From positions 186,001 through 250,000 of the forward strand of contig NIVC01000152.1 in assembly GCA_002269645.1 (NCBI GenBank): a stretch of DNA of 64,000 bases, in the 5' to 3' direction. Under the pieces are notes generated by a model that was not told where the DNA came from, searched no databases, and saw only the letters and a list, made by a program, of their open reading frames with translations. A program made the translations under genes and the position numbers. Below are positions 36,246-46,546 of the stretch, in pieces (the first letter of the stretch is position 1; each line of letters starts with the position of its first letter). This DNA is from Macrostomum lignano. Lineage: Eukaryota.

Positions 36246-36785
36246 AATTTCAAAGTGTTTTGCACATTGTTGATGAAAATGTTTATCTTACGAGCTATAA
36301 TTAAAATCATCCATAAACTTTAAAACGAACAGATGTCTTAACAAGTATTTAACAGTTTTTGCTTTCCTTGAAATCTTTAACATTCTGTGTATTTACATGG
36401 CTTTTAGTTATTTCTACAATTTTCACTTGAAAAACTGTCAGGAGCGGAGCTGCAGGGCACACGACACAGATTTGCGCAGTTCAAAGCTGCGGTGCGATAT
36501 CAGATCTGGCTAAATTTAATAATTTGTCAAGTCTTTAAAAAGCACATTTTCTGTATCAGCAGAAGAGGCATTCGCTATTCTGTACTGCGCAACACTGCTA
36601 ACAGCAAATAATCTGATTAAAATGCTTCAAGTCAATACGTAGAGGAGAAACCTTACCCACGGACAGAGTTACAGCTGCGACAACCAATAATTAATGACAA
36701 TTATGCCCTAATTGCTGGCGCACGAGCTGCATCCATGCGAAACCGCAACAGTTTACGCGCGAACTTCTTTGACTATGCAACACTT

Positions 36786-37875
36786 TATGGCGCTTTGCTT
36801 ATGCTTCTCATGGCGCCTTGTATATGCTTCTCATGGCGCCTTGTATATGCTTCTCATGGCGCCTTGCTTACGCTTCTCATGGCGCCTTGCTTACGCTTCT
36901 CATGGCGCCTTGCTTACGCTTCTCATGGCGCCTTGCTTACGCTTCTCATGGCGCCTTGCTTACGCTTCTCATGGCGCCTTGCTTACGCTTCTCATGGCGC
37001 TTTGCTTATGCTTCTCATGGGGCCTTGTATATGCTTCTCATGGCGCCTTGTATATGCTTCTTATGGCGCCTTGTATATGCTTCTTATGGCGCCTTGTTTA
37101 TGCTTCTCATGGCGCCTTGCTTACGCTTCTCATGGCGCCTTGCTTACGCTTCTCATGGCGCTTTGCTTATGCTTCTCATGGCGCCTTGTATATGCTTCTC
37201 ATGGCGCCTTGTATATGCTTCTCATGGCGCCTTGTATATGCTTCTCATGGCGCCTTGTATATGCTTCTCATGGCGCCTTGCTTACGCTTCTCATGGCGCC
37301 TTGTATATGCTTCTCATGGCGCCTTGCTTACGCTTCTCATGGCGCCTTGTATATGCTTATCATGGCGCCTTGCTTATGCTTCTCATGGCGCCTTGTATAT
37401 GCTTCTCATGGCGCCTTGTATATGCTTCTCATGGCGCCTTGTATATGCTTCTCATGGCGCCTTGCTTACGCTTCTTATGGCGCCTTGTTTATGCTTCTCA
37501 TGGCGCCTTGCTTACGCTTCTCATGGCGCCTTGCTTACGCTTCTCATGGCAGCTTGCTTATGCTTCTCATGGCGCCTTGCTTACGCTTCTCATGGCGCCT
37601 TGTTTATGCTTCTCATGGCGCCTTGCTTACGCTTCTCATGGCGCCTTGCTTACGCTTCTCATGGCAGCTTGCTTATGCTTCTCATGGCGCCTTGCTTACG
37701 CTTCTCATGGCAGCTTGCTTATGCTTCTCATGGCGCCTTGCTTACGCTTCTCATGGCGCCTTGCTTACGCTTCTCATGGCAGCTTGCTTATGCTTCTCAT
37801 GGTGCTTTGCTTATGCTTCTCATGGCAGCTTGCTTATGCTTCTCATGGCGCCTTGCTTACGCTTCTCATGGCGCT
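36786..37875. repeat. Minisatellite, 23-bp unit TGCTTACGCTTCTCATGGCGCCT, about 47 copies
   Basis: Unit read directly; stop-free on + in all three frames, which produces three artefactual ORFs of about 390 aa. Confidence 0.98.
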
Positions 37876-40625
37876 CGATCTATTTATTACGAGAGTAAGT
37901 TTTGAGCTGATGAAACTGTTAAGAATCTGGATCAGAAAATTTCAACCTGCCTTTGAACTAAGCATTTAACTGGCTGTGTCCAATCGGGTTGATCCTCCTT
38001 CGGCATGTATTACTGTTTAAACATGAAGCGGCTATGCATGTATGTGTTGTCAATAAATGTTTGTCCAAAATCACGAGAGCATGTCGACTGGGCTGATCAT
38101 ACTCAATGCTAAGCCCGAATAGTATGCCCACATTTACCCAGTAAATAAATTCGAAAACAATTTCTACATATGCGGGACTGCAATGCCCACTGACAAGATT
38201 ATTGTTAGCGAATTGGGGGATAGGCGATCGCAGTGGGAGGAGTGAAAGACAGGATAAATGACGTCACAGTGTGATCTCGCAGACGCAAGCCGCTCTGACT
38301 TCCACGCCCCTCACACCCACAAGCTTATAATCTGTGTCAACATTTATGAAAGCCCCGCAAGAGGCCAATACTTGGTCTGCTGTGCTCAAATCTAATTCAC
38401 TTCTTGTAATACTTACATTGCTATTGTTCAGGTTGGAGTCATTGTTAAACCCATATCCCCAATTTTAGTCTTTTACGCATCCTCTTATACTGGACACTGA
38501 ATCATTTTTTGGCTTCTTAAACGGCCCCTAGGGCAAATTTTAAGTCAATACCATGCAGACATTTTGAGCTTAAAGTTCGAAAAGATTCGGGAATAAATGA
38601 GTTAGTGCTAAAAATCTTGCATTGTTATCTTAATTGGGTTTTCATAACTTCCTTAAAATCAAAATAATAGATTTTAAATATCGCCACGTGACCTACCTGA
38701 TCTGCCATACAAAACTACTCATGATTGCAGTACAGTCCGCAGTCAGTTAAAAAGATCGTAATTGTGGACTGAGGGATAGCTGCATGGCCATAGAGACTCA
38801 ATTCTTTTAATAGATCGATTGATTGAAGAGCTATATGAACTTCTGTAACTACTTTCTGCATATCACTTTTGGCGCAGTGAATCGCAGGTAATTATTTTTT
38901 ACATCCCTGGGGAAATCAGGAGTTACATATGTACCAAACTACGTACTATATATGCTAATGCCTATGTATCCATAATTTTAGCAGATTATTATTTTGACTA
39001 ATTATGTTTACTTTACTAGTGTGCTGCATTCTCTCTGAATGTTAGAATAAAAATACCTATATACTACTGCTTTTATTAAGTAGCTAAACCCTATTAACAT
39101 TGTTAGAAACTACCCTGCTGTATTCATTTACCTGAAGACTATCCTTCGGTCACATTAATTTTTCTATCGCATAGGGGCTATTATGAAGAGATCAGAAGTA
39201 GGAGCGAGTTCAAGTCATAGGTTGCTTCTGCTCTGTGTATGTGGCAGTTAGAGGTTGCACACAACTGCTTGTAACTGTAGGAATTGATGGAGCAAAATTT
39301 ATATTTAATAAATCAGGAATAGAAATTAAACTGACAACAATCTTTTTCAGTCTTCAATTAAAAGAAAGGAGAGAGGAAAAATAAAAACTGCCCTCTTGAT
39401 GCGCTTTAGGCCGTACGGTACAAATAAAAAGAACAAAATTAAGCAATAAAGACAGAAGAGCTTCTCACTTGAATGCACAGAAAAAACATGCAACAATTGA
39501 ACAAAAATTTTAACGTATGCAGCAGAAAACTTTTTTTGCTTTTTTGTTATAGTCTTTTTGCAAGAATGCGTTGTTTCAAAAAGATACACGCAATTTTGAT
39601 AATCATCGTATTAAAAAATATTATTTTGGCTTTTGATAACTGCGATACCCAAAAGGTATTGCCGAAAGGCGATTATGTCGGAGTATCTGAGTATCGGAAT
39701 TGTGCTAAACAGTGTATAATACATTTACTTATGCAAGCTTCCTTGCATATTATTTTTGTACCTTTTAAAGATTTTAAACTTTTCAGTTTTGACTAGGCCT
39801 AGGCTTTAGCAAACAAATAGCAGCAGAGACGAATAGTCCAGTGGTGGTGGTACCTTCTAACCTGCTGGCTGTCTTGGCAGTCTTGCCACACCATGCTGCC
39901 ATGTTAACTTTAAATAAATTATAGCTAATAAAAGTATAAGTTTGTCATCATTTAATTTTAAAAAGCAGAAATATCTTTATGAGTCGTGACTTTAGTCTGC
40001 TTAGTCACGGTAGTCACCTTTACCTAGATTAGGCCTAAGGATTTGGATTTCTACTAAACTAAAAAAGTGAATTATATAAATAATAATTATTTGCAGTTAA
40101 AAATGATACCTATTTACCTATGTCCTATGTTGATATAAATCTTCCATTAAAAAAAGTTATAATTTTTGTTAGGCCTATTATATATATATTAACATTTAGT
40201 AGGCCTAATATTCTAACTTAACATTTGCATAATACTAATATATAACAATAGTGTAGGCACCCAATAAAATGCAGAATTTGCATTAGAAGGATCTAGATAA
40301 ACTTGTCAACTTTTTATTCATCAACTTGATTCAACTAGGCCTATTCTAATACATGCTTGGGCACAACCTAGGGATTCACCCAGCCATTTTTATTGAAATG
40401 GAATTTGAAATGGAATAGAAATGGTCAAGTGATTCCCATGGTTGTATGTCGTGTATATTTTGACAAATTTATTAGGAAAATCCCAGCATACATGTCACCT
40501 TCAAAACTATGGTTGTAATTCCTAGTAGTTGGCATGGAAGATTCTTAGTTTTATTGTTAGTATAGTTTTGTATTTTATTTTATCATGGCAGACTAATTTG
40601 TACATGGCAGACTACGCCTACTAGG

Positions 40626-41147
40626 TAGTAAAGATTCCAATCCTGGGATCTTAGGATCCTAGGATTTGGCCTCTAAAGCTAGGATTTTAGTCCCAAGATT
40701 TTGGGACAAACACAGAATCCCAAGATTATAAATCTTAGGATCTAACTAGGCCCTATTTTGGGATCCCAGATCCTAGGATTTTGGCCCTAAAATCCTTGGA
40801 TTTCATTGGGATTATTTTATATTTTGTAACAATGTCTATAGAATAAAACCAAATAATATTCAATATTCAATATGGGATAATAACAAATCAATTGTAGCTA
40901 GCGTCTTGAAAGGTCAAAACAGAGAATTTGGACCACAATTAAGGCCAAAAACATAGGCTTTAGGATTAAAAATTAGATAGTAGATCTATTCTAATTCCTA
41001 GATCCCAAGATCCTAGGATTTCTTAAAGTTTAAAGCAGGATTGTCATATTAAACAAGTCCAAGATTTTTTAGGATTTATAACCATGGAATTTTGGGATTT
41101 TTTTAATCCTAGGATTATCAATTGTTGGGATTTTGGAATCCCTACTA
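40626..41147. mobile_element. MITE-like element with imperfect terminal inverted repeats and many ATCCTAGGAT palindromes
   Basis: Left TAGTAAAGATTCCAATCC vs right reverse complement TAGTAGGGATTCCAAAATCC. CCTACTAGGT occurs at both ends. Superfamily unclear. Confidence 0.45.
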
Positions 41148-41579
41148 GGTGTGGTATACGCTGCTATCTAGTATCCAATCAATCTAGTAAAAACCATAGT
41201 CTAGATCATGCTAGGTGCATGCCCAAACAAAAATTAAATAGTTACAAATGCATACCATAAGTGTATGCCCATACTCTCAAATCTAGGCTAGCATTGCAAC
41301 AATATATGACCTTTTGCATTGCAATAGTAAATGACCTTTTGCATCGCATAAAGGACATTTTTGGCTAATAATTTAATTGATTATGGGGCCTATTTGTCTT
41401 TTTTGCCTATATTATTTATAGCAAAAAAATTATCTACATAAACATTTATTTGAATGCTTTATTACCAGTTAAAAACGAGAAAGCCTAAAATTTATACTTA
41501 AATAGAACTTTTCAATCTTCTTTCCACCTAACACTAATTCTTTGGCATGAATCTATGTGATGCACACTAGGTATATACA

Positions 41580-41932
41580 TCTATCTAAATATACTAAATC
41601 TCTAAGGTTTGTATGCTTGAATGAATGTCCATAACGCTCTAGAGACTGCAATTCTTCACCGATTTTCATCGTGTTTTCGCCAAAAGATTCAAAATTGTCT
41701 GGAAAGAAGACAGTTAAAATTTCTTGTATCTGCTTCAATGCTAAAGGGATTAAATATTCGAAAAACTGTTTTAAATGGGCGAATTCAATGCAAATTTTAT
41801 CAGCCAGAAACTTCACTGCCAATTTTAATTGATTGCGCCAGAGCCAACTGATAAGAAAACTCACTCCGTTCCACTTAAAGGGGGGCAATAAAAAATTATT
41901 CTGGCTGCTGGCAGCCAGCTCTAATTAGCTAG
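41580..41932 (+). mobile_element. Non-autonomous Helitron-like element, 353 bp
   Basis: A|TC 5' start, 3' hairpin CTGGCTGC-TG-GCAGCCAG (41901-41918) 10 nt before CTAG|T, no TSD. These are the established Helitron hallmarks. Confidence 0.65.
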
Positions 41933-42033
41933 TCCATCCATCCAAATATACTAAATCTCTAAGGTTTGTATGTCCATAACACTCTAGAGATTGCAATTCT
42001 TCACCAATTTTGATCGCGTTTTCGCCAAAAGAT
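41933..42033 (+). mobile_element. Second, 3'-truncated copy of the same Helitron-like element, head-to-tail
   Basis: TCCATCCATCCAAATATACTAAATCTCTAAGGTTTGTATG...TTTTCGCCAAAAGATT repeats the 5' about 110 bp of the first copy. Confidence 0.6.
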
Positions 42034-42364
42034 TTGTAATCAGCCCAGGATTGTATGGTTAAAATCTCTTAATCTTATATACTATTTTCTTAAGAGTCAT
42101 GCATACCAACTATGCATGCCTAACTTCTGGCATGCAAACCCAATGCATGCCCATATTTTTGGCCATATATTATATAATCAATAGTGTGGCTTTTAAGTTT
42201 GTATCATAGGTTTAAATTTTCTTTTAGAATGAAAACATATATAAAGGTAATAATACATAAGAAAACTTTAGGTAAATAAAATAGTTGCAGTTTTGATAAT
42301 ATAATAATTTTGTTTTTACAAGGGTTTTTGATTTGATCTTTATTCATTTGTTGCTAAAAGCCAA

Positions 42365-42830
42365 CTATTGGGGCATGGAAAATGTGGGGTTTTAAGGTGG
42401 GTAGAATTTTTATAGAGATTGATTTCCATATACTAAAATGGTCTGTCTGTGTGTGTGTGTCTATTGACATGGAGACATAGGGTCTATTGAAGATTAGGTA
42501 GATAAACTCTAAGACTAAGAGGGAGGAAAGGTCTCAGAGGGGAAGGTGCTAACAAGTACCAACAACTGGGGCATAGGGAATGAGGGTTTTAGGGTGTGAT
42601 GAATCTTCATGGGTATTTATTTTTTGTACCTAAACTTTAATAGAGGCATGGGAGATTGAAGATTAGGTAGATAAATTTTGAGACTAATAAGGTTAGGTCT
42701 CAGGGGGGGGGGCTGATAACCACTAACAGCCAGGGTCATGTGGAATGGGGGATTTTAGGGTGAGGAGAATTTTCATAGGGATTGATTTTTATATGTACCT
42801 AAACTTCAATAGAGACATAGGGGTCTATTT
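42365..42830. repeat. Diverged tandem repeat, about 170-bp unit, 2.5-3 copies
   Basis: Recurring ATTGAAGATTAGGTAGATAAA, GGTCTCAG and TTTTAGGGTG...GTACCTAAAC blocks. Confidence 0.6.
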
Positions 42831-43668
42831 GGAAAATTGCAATGAAGCATAAATTAAAAATTCAGCAAGTTATCAAACACCTTGGAGAAAAATTATAATC
42901 CTATCAAAATTAATTGATATCAGCAGCTATAGTTACTTTCAGAATAGAGACAATGCAAATTAGTAGAAATTATTATAGGTAAACAGGTAAAGAATGTATA
43001 GCTGGTAGTCACAACAATGAGAAAATGACAATGAATCAAAAAGTGGGAGTTAAGGGGCAAGTTGAAGTATCTTGACATATTCTATGACAAAAAAACCTAG
43101 CCTAGAGAAAAGTGTTAAGCAGACTGATTATGTTAGTGACTTAGTAGTATAGATTCTAAAGTTAGCTAATTTGGTATGAAACTTTATTATAAAACTTGGA
43201 TATTTGCTTGTATGATTGGTAGTATTTTTTATTGTCATTTGCTAATCTGTATCATACATGCACAACACCCAGCCAATCGGGCTGGCTGGCAAGGGGCCCA
43301 GCTAAGTGGGCCTCAATCTATAGACAACTAATTAGCTGACGAGGCATTTAGCCTTAATAATACAATCATAGTTATTCCTGCCGTTTACCCAAAATTGCAT
43401 TAATTTTTGCTTACGTTTTTTCATAGATAAGTTACATTTTGGTCAAAAATCGCATGGCTGGTCTAATTCAGGGGGGTGTGCATGTATGATCGATATATAT
43501 ATATTTTTTTTGACAATACATTATACTATAATCATAACAGATAGAGTAGATTTATACTATTATAATATTTTCCTATTTTTATATCAAAAACTGTCCTAAA
43601 TAACTAGTGAAATGGCATCACTGTAAGAAAGCATGGATCAATTGAACAATTTTTTTGCAGTCAATTAA

Positions 43669-44025
43669 ATGCGTCGAGCTCAGCAGAGCACTCAGCCACA
43701 GCACCAGCCCTACAGTGGCTACACATCAACAACCACCAACCAAGAGCAGGTGGAGCAAGAGAATGACAATTTAACAAATCAGCTGCGGAGTAAGGTGTCG
43801 GAATTGAAACACCTGAGCATTAATATTGGCACAGAAATACGCGACCAGAATGGCATGCTGGGCAATATGCAGAGCGATTTTGACAAGTCTGAAGCTGTAC
43901 TCAGAGCGTCAATGGCCAAGCTGGTGCATATTAGTAAGACTGTGTGGAGCTCCAATAAGCTGCTAGTTAATCTGCTGCTATTTGCTCTGCTTGTATTCCT
44001 AATTATTTGGCTTCTGTATAGATAG
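43669..44025 (+). CDS. BET1: BET1 ER-Golgi Qc-SNARE, 118 aa, intronless CDS
   Basis: MRRA N-terminus, SNARE motif ENDNLTNQLRSKVSELKHLSINIGTEIRDQNGML...FD...MAKL, and C-terminal TM helix LLVNLLLFALLVFLIIWLL. Length and motifs match BET1 as I know it. AATAAA at 44514-44519. Confidence 0.93.
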   Translation: MRRAQQSTQPQHQPYSGYTSTTTNQEQVEQENDNLTNQLRSKVSELKHLSINIGTEIRDQNGMLGNMQSDFDKSEAVLRASMAKLVHISKTVWSSNKLLVNLLLFALLVFLIIWLLYR

Positions 44026-45685
44026 ATGGAGTCATCAGTGAGCTCGGACTCTCGATAGATGGAAGCTTTTCAAGCGTTTTATCTGTGTTCCTGGTGGATG
44101 GATTGAGAGACTTTTCATTTGGAATTAACAAGTCTTATGCGTGATTCTGAGCTGTCAGATTTCATTCCATCTCCACTCAAGACATACATATATATTAGTT
44201 GTACAGACATACTGCCTCACACTACTAGGGTAAGTAGTGTGAATAGAAAATCCCAAGTAGAATGATCGCTAAAACGGAAGCGTAACTTAAATGACAGGCT
44301 AAAACTTCAAAGGCACCCCATTGTAATTACTAAATTGATGATTTTATTTAATCTCCTTCCTGTTAAGCAATGAGTTCCATATACTATGAAATTATTTTAA
44401 TGTATGTTTCGATGGTTCATGTGGATTTGTTGTTTTTTTGTCTAAATATAATATATTTATGTTCTCTGATTGAAGTATTCTAATGTTTTTGCCGTTATAA
44501 TCTTGCAGTTGGCAATAAATGCTGTTATCAGGAATTATTTTTTAATTTTTGTCTGTCTAAAATGGTAAAACTAACTATCAAGTTATTAGTTACTCGCTAA
44601 GCAGTAATACTCGTAAAGTTCAACTGTAGCAGGAAGTCACGGCAGTAGTCGCATTTGCCTTTTCGGTTCTCTTAGTACCAAAACAATCACATTACCATCT
44701 AGCATTTTGGGTCCTTTAAAGTCATAATGCCAGCTGTATCAGTAACAAGTTCGAAATAAATAACGTCTTTATCCCTAAGTTTACATTGTTGGGCCTCTCT
44801 AACTCACATAAATCTGCAGAGTGTGGACTCTTGTTTACCGCTGACTTGAATTGGCAACTTATAGAAGTCTTGAATTAAACACCAAGAATCCCAATAACTA
44901 TGAATTAAAATATGAATTATAAAAATCATAGAACCTGGCGCCAATCTGCACAGAAGTTGCTTTAAAATGAGAGCCAACATCTGTCCCTAGCGCTTCCTGG
45001 CCTTTACTTGTCTGTGTTTGCAAAGATTATCTATGCCTACGGCAGTTTCATAGGCTTAAGTTCCTGTACAAGTGCTGGAATCGAACAGATAAAAATGAAA
45101 TATGTTTTGTTTCGATACTAGCAAATATTTACTCTGAAAGTCTTGACCGCGCAATGTGCCAGCTGTTAGTGCTTAGCCATGCAAAATACAATGCCGTACA
45201 ACTATACATGCAGGCAACAGCTGCGTATGTGACTATCGACTTTTCTACTTTTGACTGTCATATTTTCCTAGGAGACTACTTGATTTATTGATTCCGCGGG
45301 TTGCCGGGGAACTTAGATGCGGGTGTGGGTACTCAAATCGCGTATGCAAATTCTCTCGCCCCTCATCGAGAGTTTCTGCGTGGATTTTCTGTTTTTCTCT
45401 CTACAGCTGTCGTGGCTGATTTTTTTAGTTCGTCACGACTTGGCTGGCTGCATTGCATCCCCAGCGCGTTGCCTATAGGGATATCGGGTTTCAGTGTCAA
45501 ATTTCCCAAATAAACTCCATCTGAGCTTTCATGCAGACGGTTTTTTTATTGAGTATCGGTGAGCGCCGCCATGATTTGACCAGCTTCTGGGATTGCTTGC
45601 CACTGACGATTTTGGCTCTGAAAATATGATATATTTAGGCCACTTGGTGTGATTATGGTACTTGCTGACATCATTATAGTACAAG

Positions 45686-45760
45686 TTTGCTGACAATTTT
45701 GACCCTGCTGACAATTTTGATCCTGCTGACAATTTTGACCCTGCTGACAATTTTGACCCT
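45686..45760. repeat. Short 18-bp tandem repeat TGCTGACAATTTTGACCC, about 4 copies
   Basis: Read directly; lies just downstream of the SINE head on the - strand. Confidence 0.85.
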
Positions 45761-45861
45761 GATAACATGATTTTCTGGTTGGCTATAACGTGGTTGGCTC
45801 TCAAGGCCGTTAATTACACGAGCAGAGCCAAGCCGAGATTCCAATTCAGCCCCAAATTAAT

Positions 45862-45935
45862 GTGACTGCACTTGGAATCGAGCCTGGGTCGCTGGCACAC
45901 CAGAGCAGCTGCGCTACCGCTGGGCTACGGCCCCC
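45862..45935 (-). mobile_element. tRNA-derived SINE head or tRNA pseudogene
   Basis: Reverse complement GGGGGCCGTAGCCCAGCGGTAGCGCAGCTGCTCTGGTGTGCCAGCGACCCAGGCTCGATTCCAAGTGCAGTCAC has an A box (TAGCCCAGCGG) and a B-box variant (GGCTCGATTCC) at tRNA spacing. The acceptor and anticodon stems do not pair canonically. Confidence 0.6.
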
Positions 45936-46323
45936 CTTCTGCTGACATGATACTACAATAGTGCCGCTAACAAGGTGTTGTTGGCGCCCCTGACAGTAAA
46001 GGGCACGCTCGACACCTTTTTCGGTTTGGGCCGCGCTTGGTCCTTTGGGGAATGGGTGGCCATCAGCACAGAGAGAATATTAAAGATGCAACTCAAATGT
46101 TAAAAATCAAAAGAGCTTCTATCAGACACGCATCTAGATAGTTAATCTGCGAGACAAAACCGTTGGCTTAAATTCTGAAAGACTGCTCAAGAATCCTCCT
46201 TATAAGAAACAAAGGAAAATATAAATCCCCTAGAAAGAGGGCTGAAAAGGTCACTCTAATTAATTATTAACTTGCATTTATTTCACACGGAAAATAGTCG
46301 CATAAAAATGTCTGAATATAGAT

Positions 46324-46416
46324 AGGGGCGGGAGACCTATGGGATTTGGAAAGAGATTAAGGGATCGGCATCAGCTCTCCCATGCAGTCAATCTGATCTT
46401 CCCTTCTCGTGATTGG
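46324..46416 (+). promoter_or_regulatory. Possible proximal promoter elements of the GPCR (GC box, reverse CCAAT box)
   Basis: GGGGCGGG near 46325 and ATTGG at 46412-46416, 130-220 nt upstream of the ATG at 46547. Short motifs, could be chance. Confidence 0.2.
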
Positions 46417-46546
46417 CTGGTGAGGGTCGTCCATAGCTGGATTGCAGTATCTGGGCTTTACATATACACTGCGGTTTACGTGATCACGAATATATGGTTT
46501 TTATAGGCTTCTAAAGCAAGCAAATATTCAACTACCGGGTCTACTC

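Noticed and set aside
36712-37969. Three overlapping hydrophobic ORFs of about 390 aa
   Set aside because: A stop-free 23-bp repeat read in three frames.
38259-38266. CRE palindromes TGACGTCA (also 11742-11749)
   Set aside because: 8-mers are expected about once per 64 kb; no linked TSS evidence.
46053-46061. GLI-like site TGGGTGGCC upstream of the GPCR
   Set aside because: A single 9-mer with one mismatch is expected by chance in this window.
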